This document shows positions 54,544 to 63,702 of a stretch of 64,000 nucleotides of DNA, in pieces. The translations under genes were made by a program, and so were the position numbers. The notes under the pieces are model-generated. The model did no database searches. It had not been told where the DNA came from and was given only the letters and a program-made list of their open reading frames with translations. The stretch comes from Anaerolineales bacterium (GTDB taxonomy: Bacteria > Chloroflexota > Anaerolineae > Anaerolineales > Villigracilaceae): positions 18,660 through 82,659 of the forward strand of contig DASTOH010000130.1 in the NCBI GenBank assembly GCA_035720235.1, given 5' to 3'. Positions within the stretch are counted from its first letter, which is position 1, and each line of letters begins with the position of its first letter.

Positions 54544-55338
54544 ATGGAAAGGCCAACAATTACGAGCCTGAGCAATCCACTGGTCAAGAAGGTCAGGGCT
54601 TTGCGACAGAAGAAAGGCCGGCTTGAAAGCGGCACTTTTCTCGTGGAGGGAATTCATCACGTGGCCGAGGTCGTCGCAGCGAACTGGGAGGTGGAGACGA
54701 TCCTCTACGCGCCAGAACTCTTGACCAGCAATTTCGCGCGTGACTTGCTCGCGCACGTCCGCTTTCAGCTGCAACCTGTCTCCGTGAAAGTGATGGAATC
54801 TTTGGCCGACAAGGAGAATCCACAGGGCATTCTTGCAGTGGTGCGCCAGCGAAAAGTGCCTCTCGATGAACTACATTTAATGCGCTGTGGAATTGCATTG
54901 GTATCCCCACAAGACCCAGGCAATGTAGGTACGATCCTTCGCAGCATGGACGCGGTCGGCGCGGACGCGCTCTTCGTGCTGGATGGCGGCGTGGACCTCT
55001 ATCATCCCACCGTTGTCCGCTCGAGCATGGGGACGTTGTTCTGGATACCGGTCATACAAACGTCTTTTGATGAATTTGTCGATTGGGCACGCCGTGCAAG
55101 ACCCGGAAGAATTCAACTCATCGGCACCTCTGCCCACGCCGATGTGGATTATCACACCCTTGTCCCGCAGCTTCCCTGGGCGCTGGTCTTGGGTAATGAG
55201 CAAAAGGGCCTCACGCCTGAGCAAACCAAAGCCTGCGATGTCACGGTTTCTTTGCCTATGAAGGGACGAGTCAGCTCGTTGAATCTCTCAGTGGCGGCTG
55301 GAGTATTGTTGTATCAATACATTACAGAACGCGAGTGA
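54544..55338 (+). CDS. TrmH/SpoU-family RNA 2'-O-methyltransferase
   Basis: ITSLSNP, FLVEG, QDPGNVGTILR, LGNEQKGL, SLNLSVAAG. Confidence 0.93.
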   Translation: MERPTITSLSNPLVKKVRALRQKKGRLESGTFLVEGIHHVAEVVAANWEVETILYAPELLTSNFARDLLAHVRFQLQPVSVKVMESLADKENPQGILAVVRQRKVPLDELHLMRCGIALVSPQDPGNVGTILRSMDAVGADALFVLDGGVDLYHPTVVRSSMGTLFWIPVIQTSFDEFVDWARRARPGRIQLIGTSAHADVDYHTLVPQLPWALVLGNEQKGLTPEQTKACDVTVSLPMKGRVSSLNLSVAAGVLLYQYITERE

Positions 55339-55351
55339 TGGGAGTATCCCG

Positions 55352-55660
55352 ATGAGCCAAAACTTTCCTATTCTTCACACACCTGGCCCTGCATTTCTCC
55401 AGGGAAAATCGATCTTTGAGCAGCCCCTTTTCGAGCACGGGGAATATTGGAAAATGCAGTTTGACGCTGGAAAACTTCGCTTTGGCGGACCGTTCACGGA
55501 TCATTCGGGTGGTGCGGTCGTGATCGAAGTCATGGATGAGGCGGAGGCACGTCAGATCCTTGCGCAGGACCCCGCCATCAGTGATGAGGTTTTTATCGGA
55601 CGTCTTTTTCCCTGGTATCTGGTCGACTGGGAACGGTATGGGTCAAAACCACATGAATAA
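55352..55660 (+). CDS. YciI-family protein
   Basis: EH..YW, GKLRFGGPFTD, EARQILAQDPAI. Confidence 0.82.
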   Translation: MSQNFPILHTPGPAFLQGKSIFEQPLFEHGEYWKMQFDAGKLRFGGPFTDHSGGAVVIEVMDEAEARQILAQDPAISDEVFIGRLFPWYLVDWERYGSKPHE

Positions 55661-55744
55661 AACCAGGTTGGGGCAAATTCATGGTCTCACTGCCGATGAA
55701 TGGGACCCTCCACTGAATCTTTCAGAAGCACAGATTAAAAGTGC

Positions 55745-55786
55745 AGGGGCGGGTTCCTTTTTCTCGCTCAGGATGTACCCGCCCCT
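55745..55786. repeat. REP-like palindrome between convergent genes
   Basis: perfect 10-bp IR AGGGGCGGGT/ACCCGCCCCT. Confidence 0.65.
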
Positions 55787-55822
55787 TGCAAGGGTTATCA
55801 GTGATCGGCTCGGAGAGAGGCG

Positions 55823-56047
55823 TCAAAACTCGTCCTCGTCTTCCTCATTCCACAGTTCGTCTTCGTCCTCTTCGGTGTCATCTTCCTCCCATTCGGTTTC
55901 TTCCTCTTCCTCCCATTCCCCCGCGGCCTCATCGGAAGGGGAGTAGGTGGCACAGCCGGTATCAGGGTCGATTTCCACGGCTGCCGCAGAACAATATCCA
56001 TCATCCAAGAATACACAATCAATGTAATGACACTTAATGCGGGGCAT
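55823..56047 (-). CDS. small Cys-rich protein (DUF1540-like) with a very acidic tail
   Basis: SD AGGAGG; C-x4-C-x7-C-x12-C followed by ~30 mostly Glu/Asp residues. Confidence 0.8.
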   Translation of the reverse strand: MPRIKCHYIDCVFLDDGYCSAAAVEIDPDTGCATYSPSDEAAGEWEEEEETEWEEDDTEEDEDELWNEEDEDEF

Positions 56048-56485
56048 TCAATCCTCCTGAAATTGGGGTTGTTTAATGACTCGTATGACGGTCAGGATAA
56101 AGATAAGGGTCATTGCAATTTGTGATGTGATGCAGAATGGACAATAGGCGTCGAGCAGGGCAACCTCAACATAGACGAGCCAGACGGTAAAGAGAAAACC
56201 AACCAGCGTGATCCCAAAAAGCAACATGCCGCCATTTTCTTGAAAGAAGCCGGGCCTGGTTTCCAGAAAGCAGAGTGCAATTATGCTGAGATACCCCGCC
56301 ACGCCAATCGCCGCTACAGGAATTCCATTTATTTCTGAATAAAGACTGGCATTGACTATCCCGCAACCTTTTGACCCAATGCACATGCTTTCATTATTTG
56401 TGACTTTGTAAATGGTCATGTAAATTGAAACCAGTAAACCGAGAACTGTAAGCCCTATGGTGATCTGTCTTAGCCGTTTGTCCAT
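56048..56485 (-). CDS. vitamin K epoxide reductase (VKOR) family protein
   Basis: CIGSKGCGIVNASLYS, GIPVA, CPFC; 4 TMs. Confidence 0.92.
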   Translation of the reverse strand: MDKRLRQITIGLTVLGLLVSIYMTIYKVTNNESMCIGSKGCGIVNASLYSEINGIPVAAIGVAGYLSIIALCFLETRPGFFQENGGMLLFGITLVGFLFTVWLVYVEVALLDAYCPFCITSQIAMTLIFILTVIRVIKQPQFQED

Positions 56486-56491
56486 GTCTCC

Positions 56492-57730
56492 TCATAGTAA
56501 CCAGGCGTTTACTTCCTGACCAGCAGGCACGCATTTTACACCAGCGGGAACAATAAGTAAAGCATCTGCTTGTACCAAAGAGAGCAGATTCCCTGAACCC
56601 TGATGCCCGGTCAATTTGGCGACCTGGAGACCGTTTTCACCGCCTGGGCGGAGGATGGCGCGCAGGTAGCTTTCACGTCCATCAGATAGGATTTCCTGCT
56701 CGCATCTTACCCGGATGGTCGGCCTGCCTCCCTCCGAAAGGCCGCCCAACCGCCCAAGCGTTGGACGCACGAAAACCTCAAAACCCACGAACGCAGAGAC
56801 CGGGTTTCCCGGCAGGCCAATAAAAGGAATATTCTGATAATTACCAAATGCCAGAGGTTTGCCTGGACGCATGTTCACGCGCCAGAAATCCAGCGCGCCG
56901 TTGGATTCAATCACTTCCTTCACAAAATCATATGCGCCGACGCTGACTCCAGCGGAGGAGAGGATCAAATCTGCAATCTGAGTGACAGCCTTTTCGAGCA
57001 GGCCCTTCACAGAGTCATGTGAATCTTTTGCAACACCAAGTCGCAACACCTCTGCGCCGGTGCTCTCGATCAGCGCGGCCAGCATGTAGGAATTCGAGTC
57101 GCGGATTTTGCCGGGCTCAAGTGGAGCATTCACCGGGAGCAATTCATCGCCTGAGGAGAACAATGCGACACGCGGCCTCTGATAGACTTCGACCTCTGCA
57201 TATCCGATCATGGCAAGCACTCCAAGCGACTGCGCGTTGAGTCGTCGTCCTTTGTGCAGGACCACATCTCCCGTGTGTACATCCATGCCGCGTGGGCGGA
57301 CGTTCTCTCCGCTGCGAACCGGCTTTTCGATTTGGACTTGTTCCGGCGCAGCAGAGCCGGCGTCACGATCATTGAAATCTGTGTCTTCCACGGGCACGAC
57401 GGCATCGGCGCCCTGAGGCAGAGGTGCGCCAGTCATGATGCGTGCAGCTTCACCAGGCTCGAGAGAAACCGCCGGGGAGGAGCCGGCCGGGATATCCGCG
57501 ACCACGCGCAGGGTCACGCGAGAAGCGGGCGCGGCGTTGGAAGAGTCGTAGGCGCGCAGGGCGAATCCGTCCATCGAAGAGTTGTCGAAGAGGGGCAGGT
57601 CATCCGCCGCGACGACATCCACCGCCAGAACACGGTTGTTCGATTCAGCGAGTGGAACGGATTCGGTTTTTGCAGGTTGAAAGTGGGAGAGGATGCGGCC
57701 AAGGGCTTGTTCAACAGTAAGGAGGTTCAT
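56492..57730 (-). CDS. moeA: molybdopterin molybdotransferase
   Basis: DNSSMDGFA, IMTGAPLP, SSGDEL, IRDSNS, MRPGKP, GLPGNPVSA, HQGSG. Confidence 0.96.
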   Translation of the reverse strand: MNLLTVEQALGRILSHFQPAKTESVPLAESNNRVLAVDVVAADDLPLFDNSSMDGFALRAYDSSNAAPASRVTLRVVADIPAGSSPAVSLEPGEAARIMTGAPLPQGADAVVPVEDTDFNDRDAGSAAPEQVQIEKPVRSGENVRPRGMDVHTGDVVLHKGRRLNAQSLGVLAMIGYAEVEVYQRPRVALFSSGDELLPVNAPLEPGKIRDSNSYMLAALIESTGAEVLRLGVAKDSHDSVKGLLEKAVTQIADLILSSAGVSVGAYDFVKEVIESNGALDFWRVNMRPGKPLAFGNYQNIPFIGLPGNPVSAFVGFEVFVRPTLGRLGGLSEGGRPTIRVRCEQEILSDGRESYLRAILRPGGENGLQVAKLTGHQGSGNLLSLVQADALLIVPAGVKCVPAGQEVNAWLL

Positions 57731-57747
57731 GTGGCCTCAGAGGAGGG

Positions 57748-57806
57748 AAATGAGCAAATTGGCAAATGAGCAAATCGAAAATCGCCAATCGTAAATCGTA
57801 AATTGT
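57748..57806. repeat. octamer run joined to a heptamer run
   Basis: aaatgagc-aaattggc-aaatgagc then aaatcga-aaatcgc-caatcgt-aaatcgt-aaattgt. Confidence 0.75.
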
Positions 57807-57807
57807 C

Positions 57808-60039
57808 TTATCCTGGATTTGTGCGATGAGCTTCGAGCACATTGGGCAGGTTTTCCAGGCGCGTCAGGACGCGGCTAAGCTGCGCAAGGTTCTTTACCTC
57901 CACCACCAGCTTGATGACTGCCAGTGTGCGATTGACGTTGACACTGATGTCGGCGATGTTGATGTTTTCACTATCGAGCAGGGTGGAAATATCCACCATC
58001 AATCCCTGCCTGTCGAAGGCCTTCACCTTGATCGGAACCGGGTAGGTGCGCTCCAATTTACCCCAATCCACTTGCAGTAAGCGTTCCTTGTCTTTGATCC
58101 TCAACATGTTGGGGCAGTCCTGCCGGTGAATAGTTGCGCCGCGCCCGCGGGTGATGTAACCCACGATCTGGTCGCCGGGCGCCGGGTTGCAGCATCTTGC
58201 CATCTGTGAGAGCAAATCTTTCAAACCAACCACTTCGATGGCACCCGTGCTGGTGGGTTGAGACGTCACGCCGCCGGGAGCGAGGATGTTGGATGTCTCC
58301 TCCTTCTCGGAAAGGCGGCGAATGACACGACTGATCGGCAGATCACCACAGCCGAGAGCGATGAAAAATTCCTCCGGCGTTTTGTAGTTCAGGTCGCGTG
58401 CCAGGGTATCGAAATTCAATTCAGGGATGCCGAGCCGCTGCAATTCACGCTCGAGCGTGGCGCGTCCCTGTGAAAGGTTCTGTTCATCTTCCTGTTTCTT
58501 GAACCAGGCCTTGATCTTGCTTTTGGCGCGCTGCGTCTTGACGAGTCCCAGGTTTGAGTTTAGCCAGTCCCGGCTGGGGCCGCCGCGCTTCGCCGTCAGG
58601 ATTTCAACCTGATCGCCGGTCTTCAACTCCTGATGCAGCGGGACCAGTTTGCCGTTCACGCGCGCACCACGGCAGCGATGACCAATGTCGGTGTGGACGT
58701 GATAGGCAAAGTCGATCGGCGTGGAGCCAGCCGAGAGGTCGATGATGTCGCCGCGCGGAGTGAACACATACACGCGATCCCGGAAGACGTCGGTCTTCAT
58801 TCCTTCGACAAATTCATTCGCGTCGCTGACATCTGTGCGCCAGTCCATCATGCTTCGGAGCCATTTGATGCGCTCTTCGAAAATCTTGTCTGAACTGCGC
58901 TGCCCTTCCTTGTAGCGCCAGTGTGCGGCGATACCATATTCTGCATTTTGGTGCATTTCTGGTGTGCGGATCTGCACTTCAATCGGACGCCTGTCGTCGT
59001 AGATCACAGCCGTGTGGAGCGACTGATAGAAGTTGTCCTTGGGCGCAGCGATGTAATCATCGAACTCGCCCGGAATGGGCCGCCAGGTGGTATGGATCAC
59101 GCCCAACGTTGAGTAACAGGAGGGTACATCAGGCACCAGAATGCGCACCGCCCGTACATCACGGACTAAGTCAAATGGCTTGTTCTTCTGCGCCATCTTG
59201 CGGTAAATGGAATAGATGTGCTTTGGGCGCCCACTGATCTCGATAACCGTAATGTTGTTCCGTTTCAGTAATTGGGCGAGACTTTGCTTGATGGCCTCGA
59301 TTTGAGCCTGCCGTTCCGGTTGATCCTCGTGACCCAGTTCATGTGCGATCTCTTCATATTTTTGAGAGTTGTAATACTGAAACCCGAGATCCTCCAACTC
59401 CCATTTCATGTGCCAAATACCCAGCCGGTTCGCCAGCGGTGCAAAAATATCGAGAGTTTCCTTTGCGATCCGCTTGCGTTTTTCCTCTGGCATGGCACTG
59501 AGTGTGCGCATGTTGTGCAGGCGGTCCGCCAGTTTAATCAGCACCACCCGCACATCTTCACCCATGGCAAGAAAAGTTTTCCGCAGAGTCTCGGAAGCCA
59601 GTTCCTGTTTCCGCTGCCTGGCGTCCAGTTCCGCTCGCTGGGGACTGTTCCCGTCAGCTCTGTCAATTTCATCCAGGTGCTGGTCTCCCCGTGAAACGCG
59701 CGGCAAATTGGTAAGTTTTGTTACCCCATTCACCAGGTTTGCAATGGTGTCCCCAAAATCATTGCGGATGTCCTGCAACGTGATCTTGGTGTCCTCCACT
59801 GTGTCATGGAGTAATCCAGCGGCCACGACTTCGGCTGGCGCGGCCATTTCAGCCAGGATGCTCGCTACTTCCAGGCAGTGGGTGATGTAGGCTTTTCCCG
59901 ACTGTCGTTTCTGGCCTCTATGAGCTTCCTCGGCCACACGGTAGGCGCGCTCCACGATCTCGCGCTGAGCAGGATTATAGTGATCTGGCAATTGCTCCAG
60001 CAGAGTTCCAACCAGGATATCTCGTTCCAGGGTTCTCAT
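57808..60039 (-). CDS. relA: bifunctional (p)ppGpp synthetase/hydrolase
   Basis: HD motif LLHDTVED, KLADRLHNMRTL, GRPKHIYSI, YQSLHT, EVQIRT, TGS (DFAYHVHT), CCNPAPGD, ACT. Confidence 0.97.
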   Translation of the reverse strand: MRTLERDILVGTLLEQLPDHYNPAQREIVERAYRVAEEAHRGQKRQSGKAYITHCLEVASILAEMAAPAEVVAAGLLHDTVEDTKITLQDIRNDFGDTIANLVNGVTKLTNLPRVSRGDQHLDEIDRADGNSPQRAELDARQRKQELASETLRKTFLAMGEDVRVVLIKLADRLHNMRTLSAMPEEKRKRIAKETLDIFAPLANRLGIWHMKWELEDLGFQYYNSQKYEEIAHELGHEDQPERQAQIEAIKQSLAQLLKRNNITVIEISGRPKHIYSIYRKMAQKNKPFDLVRDVRAVRILVPDVPSCYSTLGVIHTTWRPIPGEFDDYIAAPKDNFYQSLHTAVIYDDRRPIEVQIRTPEMHQNAEYGIAAHWRYKEGQRSSDKIFEERIKWLRSMMDWRTDVSDANEFVEGMKTDVFRDRVYVFTPRGDIIDLSAGSTPIDFAYHVHTDIGHRCRGARVNGKLVPLHQELKTGDQVEILTAKRGGPSRDWLNSNLGLVKTQRAKSKIKAWFKKQEDEQNLSQGRATLERELQRLGIPELNFDTLARDLNYKTPEEFFIALGCGDLPISRVIRRLSEKEETSNILAPGGVTSQPTSTGAIEVVGLKDLLSQMARCCNPAPGDQIVGYITRGRGATIHRQDCPNMLRIKDKERLLQVDWGKLERTYPVPIKVKAFDRQGLMVDISTLLDSENINIADISVNVNRTLAVIKLVVEVKNLAQLSRVLTRLENLPNVLEAHRTNPG

Positions 60040-60152
60040 GGCTTTAATTTTACTACGCTCGTGTAAGTGGAAGATATGAGCATTTGGTTACAAGGGTTTT
60101 GTCACGAACGGCCCTGCGGCCTCCTTTGGTACAATCCCAAAAGGATTCTGTC

Positions 60153-60641
60153 ATGCCTGTTACAAACAATGTCACGCGACTGCTCGACTCAAGGAAGATA
60201 CGCTTTACCGCACACGAGCTCCCTGCCGAGAAACTCGGCGCAGCGGAAACAGCGCGTCTTCTCGACGTTGAGCCTGCCTCTGTTTTCAAGACCATTGTCG
60301 TCACCCGAGAAAAACCAAAAAAACCTTTGTTGGTGGTGATTCCTGGCACATCGAACGTCGATCTGAAATTGTTGGCCTCCGCGTTGGGTGAAAAGAAGGT
60401 GCATCTGCCCACCGAACGTGAAGCTGAGCAGTTGACCGGGTTGCAGGCGGGTGGCATTTCTCCGCTGGCGCTCATCAACAAGGGATTTCAGGTCGTTCTC
60501 GATTCGTCTGCGCGTGGTTATGATGAAATCCATATCTCCGGTGGGCAAAGGGGCCTGAACATCAAATTGCCCGTTGCAGATCTGGTGAAACTGACCAATG
60601 CCCGCGTGGAAAACGTCAGTAGACCAGAGTCAAATGAATGA
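60153..60641 (+). CDS. ybaK: YbaK/EbsC aminoacyl-tRNA deacylase
   Basis: VFKTIV, TGLQAGGISPL, SGGQRG; start MPVTNN. Confidence 0.9.
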   Translation: MPVTNNVTRLLDSRKIRFTAHELPAEKLGAAETARLLDVEPASVFKTIVVTREKPKKPLLVVIPGTSNVDLKLLASALGEKKVHLPTEREAEQLTGLQAGGISPLALINKGFQVVLDSSARGYDEIHISGGQRGLNIKLPVADLVKLTNARVENVSRPESNE

Positions 60642-60667
60642 GCCGGAGAAATCCGGCTCATTTTCAC

Positions 60668-61150
60668 CTACGAATCGAATTCACCCGCCAATTCACCATT
60701 TACCCATACAGAGTAATGACCGCTTGGGAAGGTGCCCAGCTCGATATTTTCCGTGAACGGCTTCAGCACTTGTGTGCACATTACGTTCGGGTCAACCACG
60801 GTATACACTTCCACGCTGATCTTCTTTTCCGCATCCGGTTCACTGATCACGGCTCTTAATTCGTGACAGGGATTGGGCAGATTTCCGCTGATGTTTAGAG
60901 CGATCTGCGGTGGATAACTTTCGCGGATCACCAACCCTTTTTCTTCGATAAAGACGTTTCCGCGTGAAAGATTAGTGTCCGAAGGCTGTGGCGCATATGG
61001 CATGGCTGATGGCTCCTTGGTAGAGTTGGCAGTTGACGGATCCGATGTTACTGGCGAATCAGGCTTAGGCGTGTCCGTCGCGGGCATGGAACCGGGTCCG
61101 CACGCCGCGAGCAGGGATGTACAAATCAGGAGGAAAACCAGATATCTCAT
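60668..61150 (-). CDS. hypothetical lipoprotein
   Basis: SD AAGGAG; lipobox LLAAC; ESYPPQI..GNLPNPC..CTQVL..GHYSVWVNG. Confidence 0.82.
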   Translation of the reverse strand: MRYLVFLLICTSLLAACGPGSMPATDTPKPDSPVTSDPSTANSTKEPSAMPYAPQPSDTNLSRGNVFIEEKGLVIRESYPPQIALNISGNLPNPCHELRAVISEPDAEKKISVEVYTVVDPNVMCTQVLKPFTENIELGTFPSGHYSVWVNGELAGEFDS

Positions 61151-61207
61151 TGTAGCTCCTTTCATACGGCTAAGACCATGCGGACCGGAAAATTGTTCCA
61201 GATGAAT

Positions 61208-61234
61208 AAAAAAAGACGAGTTTTCTACTCGTCT
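61208..61234 (-). terminator. intrinsic terminator after the lipoprotein trio
   Basis: minus strand AGACGAGT-AGAAA-ACTCGTCT-TTTTTT. Confidence 0.75.
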
Positions 61235-61257
61235 CTTAATCATTGCTGCTGAATAGC

Positions 61258-61869
61258 TTAAGGTCCGAAAAACTTGATGTTCCCGGTTGAGATCTCAAAT
61301 GTCCATTTGTCTGGATTATTGATGCAGCCAGCGCCGTAGGCGTTCACTAGATTTTCTGGGTCGCTGTTGAATGCCCAAAGGTCATAACAGCCCTGCACGA
61401 GGTCTGTGATTAAAACGCTGTCACGCGGTGCCAAGACGTACGATCTGTATCCACACTCACCCCAACTGGCCGTCTCGTTCAAGTACAAAGAAACGGTCAC
61501 CTGCGATTTGACCGTATTGATGATATGAATCGTGGTTTCTCTGCCTCTCGGCGAAGATGCGAGGATTCTGGTTGAACACGGGTCAACAGTGTTTTGTGCT
61601 ACGGGCGTAAAAGTCGCAGCCAATGCAACTGTTGGGAGCAATTGGGGAGTGTCAGTGGGCGGAGGCGTCTCCGTGGGAGTTTCCGTGGGGAGCAATGGGG
61701 TTTCCGTGGGAATTGCTGCCTGCGTTTGCGCAACTATTGTTAGCGCTGCAGCGACAGCGGTGCTCTGCACATCCACCGCGTTGATCGTTGGAACTGCCGG
61801 TGACGCGCCGCACGCGCTCATGAAAAGCGCTACGACTGGAACGATTGAGATTCTGCAAATCTGTTTCAT
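61258..61869 (-). CDS. T/P-rich lipoprotein (trio member 3)
   Basis: lipobox FMSAC; TAVAAALTIVAQTQAA; PTETP repeats; DPC..ECG..C..GC domain. Confidence 0.82.
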   Translation of the reverse strand: MKQICRISIVPVVALFMSACGASPAVPTINAVDVQSTAVAAALTIVAQTQAAIPTETPLLPTETPTETPPPTDTPQLLPTVALAATFTPVAQNTVDPCSTRILASSPRGRETTIHIINTVKSQVTVSLYLNETASWGECGYRSYVLAPRDSVLITDLVQGCYDLWAFNSDPENLVNAYGAGCINNPDKWTFEISTGNIKFFGP

Positions 61870-61878
61870 AATTCAGCC

Positions 61879-62571
61879 TTAGCAATTCGGGTAACAGCCA
61901 CCTTTGGCGACAATGATATCATTCCTGATAATGATTTCCCAACTGCCTTCGGTAAGCCGAAATCCACCGTAGACTTTAAAGTCCTTTTCACCATCTATGA
62001 AGGCTACAGCCGAGTATTGTCCGACTGGGCCTGTCGATAAGCTGGGTATAAAGCCGCACTCCTTCATGTCTGACATGACCCACAGGGACAGGATCACTTT
62101 ATCATTCTTACCCTGTGGCTTGTATTCATGGCGAATCATGATCTTGGTGCTGGGTCCCTGCCAGGAGGTCAAAGGCTTGTTACATGGATCGTTTCCCAGC
62201 GCAGTCGGCTGAAGTGTGAGTGTCAGCTGGTTCTTTGGGAGTGCTGTAAAGGTAGGAGTAAATGATGGCGCTGAGGTCGGCGAAGCCTGAGGCGTACTGC
62301 TTGGAATGGGCGAAGCCTCAGCCGTGTGGCTTGAGATGGGCACCTCAGATGTGTTGCTTGGAATCGCTGTTTGAGTGGGTGTTGCACTGGGTGGAACTCG
62401 TGTATTGGTCGGGAGGGCGGCATGTGTTTCAGCCAGCGCGGTGAATGCCCCGGCCATGGAGGTGCCTTGCAGATCTTCAAGAGTGAGCGGAGCTCGGGTT
62501 ACAGCAGGCGCGCCACAGGAACTGGCGGCCAGAGCCAGCACGAGCATGACACTTACTTTTATGAAACTCAT
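61879..62571 (-). CDS. T/P-rich lipoprotein (trio member 2)
   Basis: lipobox AASSC; TSMAGAFTALAETHAA; DPC..ECG..GGCYPNC. Confidence 0.82.
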   Translation of the reverse strand: MSFIKVSVMLVLALAASSCGAPAVTRAPLTLEDLQGTSMAGAFTALAETHAALPTNTRVPPSATPTQTAIPSNTSEVPISSHTAEASPIPSSTPQASPTSAPSFTPTFTALPKNQLTLTLQPTALGNDPCNKPLTSWQGPSTKIMIRHEYKPQGKNDKVILSLWVMSDMKECGFIPSLSTGPVGQYSAVAFIDGEKDFKVYGGFRLTEGSWEIIIRNDIIVAKGGCYPNC

Positions 62572-62586
62572 GCCGGGAAAACGTCC

Positions 62587-63252
62587 TTATTTGACAACGA
62601 TCTTGTCTTTATATATGCTGATAACAGGCTCAGAGCCCTGGGGCGCCTGAAAATACCCAACAAATTGCCTGCCACCAACCCATACAACATACGTGTATGA
62701 GCCCGTAGGGATGTTGATCTTTACCACCTTTTTGACAGGATACTCGATGATTGTATATCCCTGATCGGTTACGATCTGAAGCGAAATGTATGCCTCCGTC
62801 CTGGATCGATTGAATATGGTGATATCTGTGTAGGGCCGATTCAGGGGCGGTAAAGTTCCGTAGGTACGAATGGCCAGGGTAGGAATTTCCGTTAACTGAC
62901 TGGACGCGGCGGTGGCAGTGAAGGTAGCGGTGGGGGCGAGCCCGGTTGCTGTGGGTCCGCTGGTGGCAGTGGCAGGCGTCGTTGTCAAGAAGGTGGCTAA
63001 CGGATCGATCGTTGGAGTGTCAGTGACTGTAGTTGGGGAAGCTTCGGCCAGGAGAGGAGTCACGGTTGCCGTGGGAGGAGCAGTGGTCGGCGAAGGTTGA
63101 GCCGCAAGCGTCTGCGCATTGGAGGTCTGGACGATGGCGTTCATAGTCCCCTGCGAGTCAACGCTGGGAGCGGGGCTGGTCGGAAAAGAGATTGCCTGAC
63201 ACGATCCGAGCGCAAGAGAGCAAAGCAGTGCGAGGACTGTGAACTTCTTCAT
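62587..63252 (-). CDS. T/P-rich lipoprotein (trio member 1)
   Basis: SD AAGGAG; lipobox ALGSC; TMNAIVQTSNAQTLAA; beta-rich C-terminal domain. Confidence 0.82.
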   Translation of the reverse strand: MKKFTVLALLCSLALGSCQAISFPTSPAPSVDSQGTMNAIVQTSNAQTLAAQPSPTTAPPTATVTPLLAEASPTTVTDTPTIDPLATFLTTTPATATSGPTATGLAPTATFTATAASSQLTEIPTLAIRTYGTLPPLNRPYTDITIFNRSRTEAYISLQIVTDQGYTIIEYPVKKVVKINIPTGSYTYVVWVGGRQFVGYFQAPQGSEPVISIYKDKIVVK

Positions 63253-63270
63253 GGCGTGCTCCTTTTGAAT

Positions 63271-63615
63271 TTATGATTGGGTGATGGTCTCCATAAACTG
63301 CATGACGGTATCACGAAGCATCCGTTCGGGTAGCGCACCCACCTGGCGATGGATGATCTTGCCACCCGAGACAAACAACATGGTCGGAATGCCCTGGATT
63401 CCATACTTGGTCATCCACTCCGGATTTTCGTCCGTATTAACTTTGGCGATCAGGATCTTGCCTTCATATTCCTTGGCGAGTTTATCCAGGATCGGCGCCA
63501 CCATTTTGCATGGCCCACACCAGGGCGCCCAAAAATCGACGATCACAGGAATGCTTGATTGAAGAACCGTGCCTTCGAAGGCAGCATCGGTTACGTGAAC
63601 AGGTTCGCTTGACAT
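63271..63615 (-). CDS. trxA: thioredoxin
   Basis: VDFWAPWCGPCK, GIPT. Confidence 0.97.
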   Translation of the reverse strand: MSSEPVHVTDAAFEGTVLQSSIPVIVDFWAPWCGPCKMVAPILDKLAKEYEGKILIAKVNTDENPEWMTKYGIQGIPTMLFVSGGKIIHRQVGALPERMLRDTVMQFMETITQS

Positions 63616-63702
63616 AGTACACCTTTATACATTGATATTGTGAGGTTTGTGCCCCAATTGAAAAAAGTATAACACACAACCCACATGATATAATCGCCCG
63701 TC

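Noticed and set aside
55745-55786. Seventh copy of the inner element in this palindrome's loop (tcct...aggatg)
   Set aside because: Lacks the CTTCGCGA end; similarity too short to count
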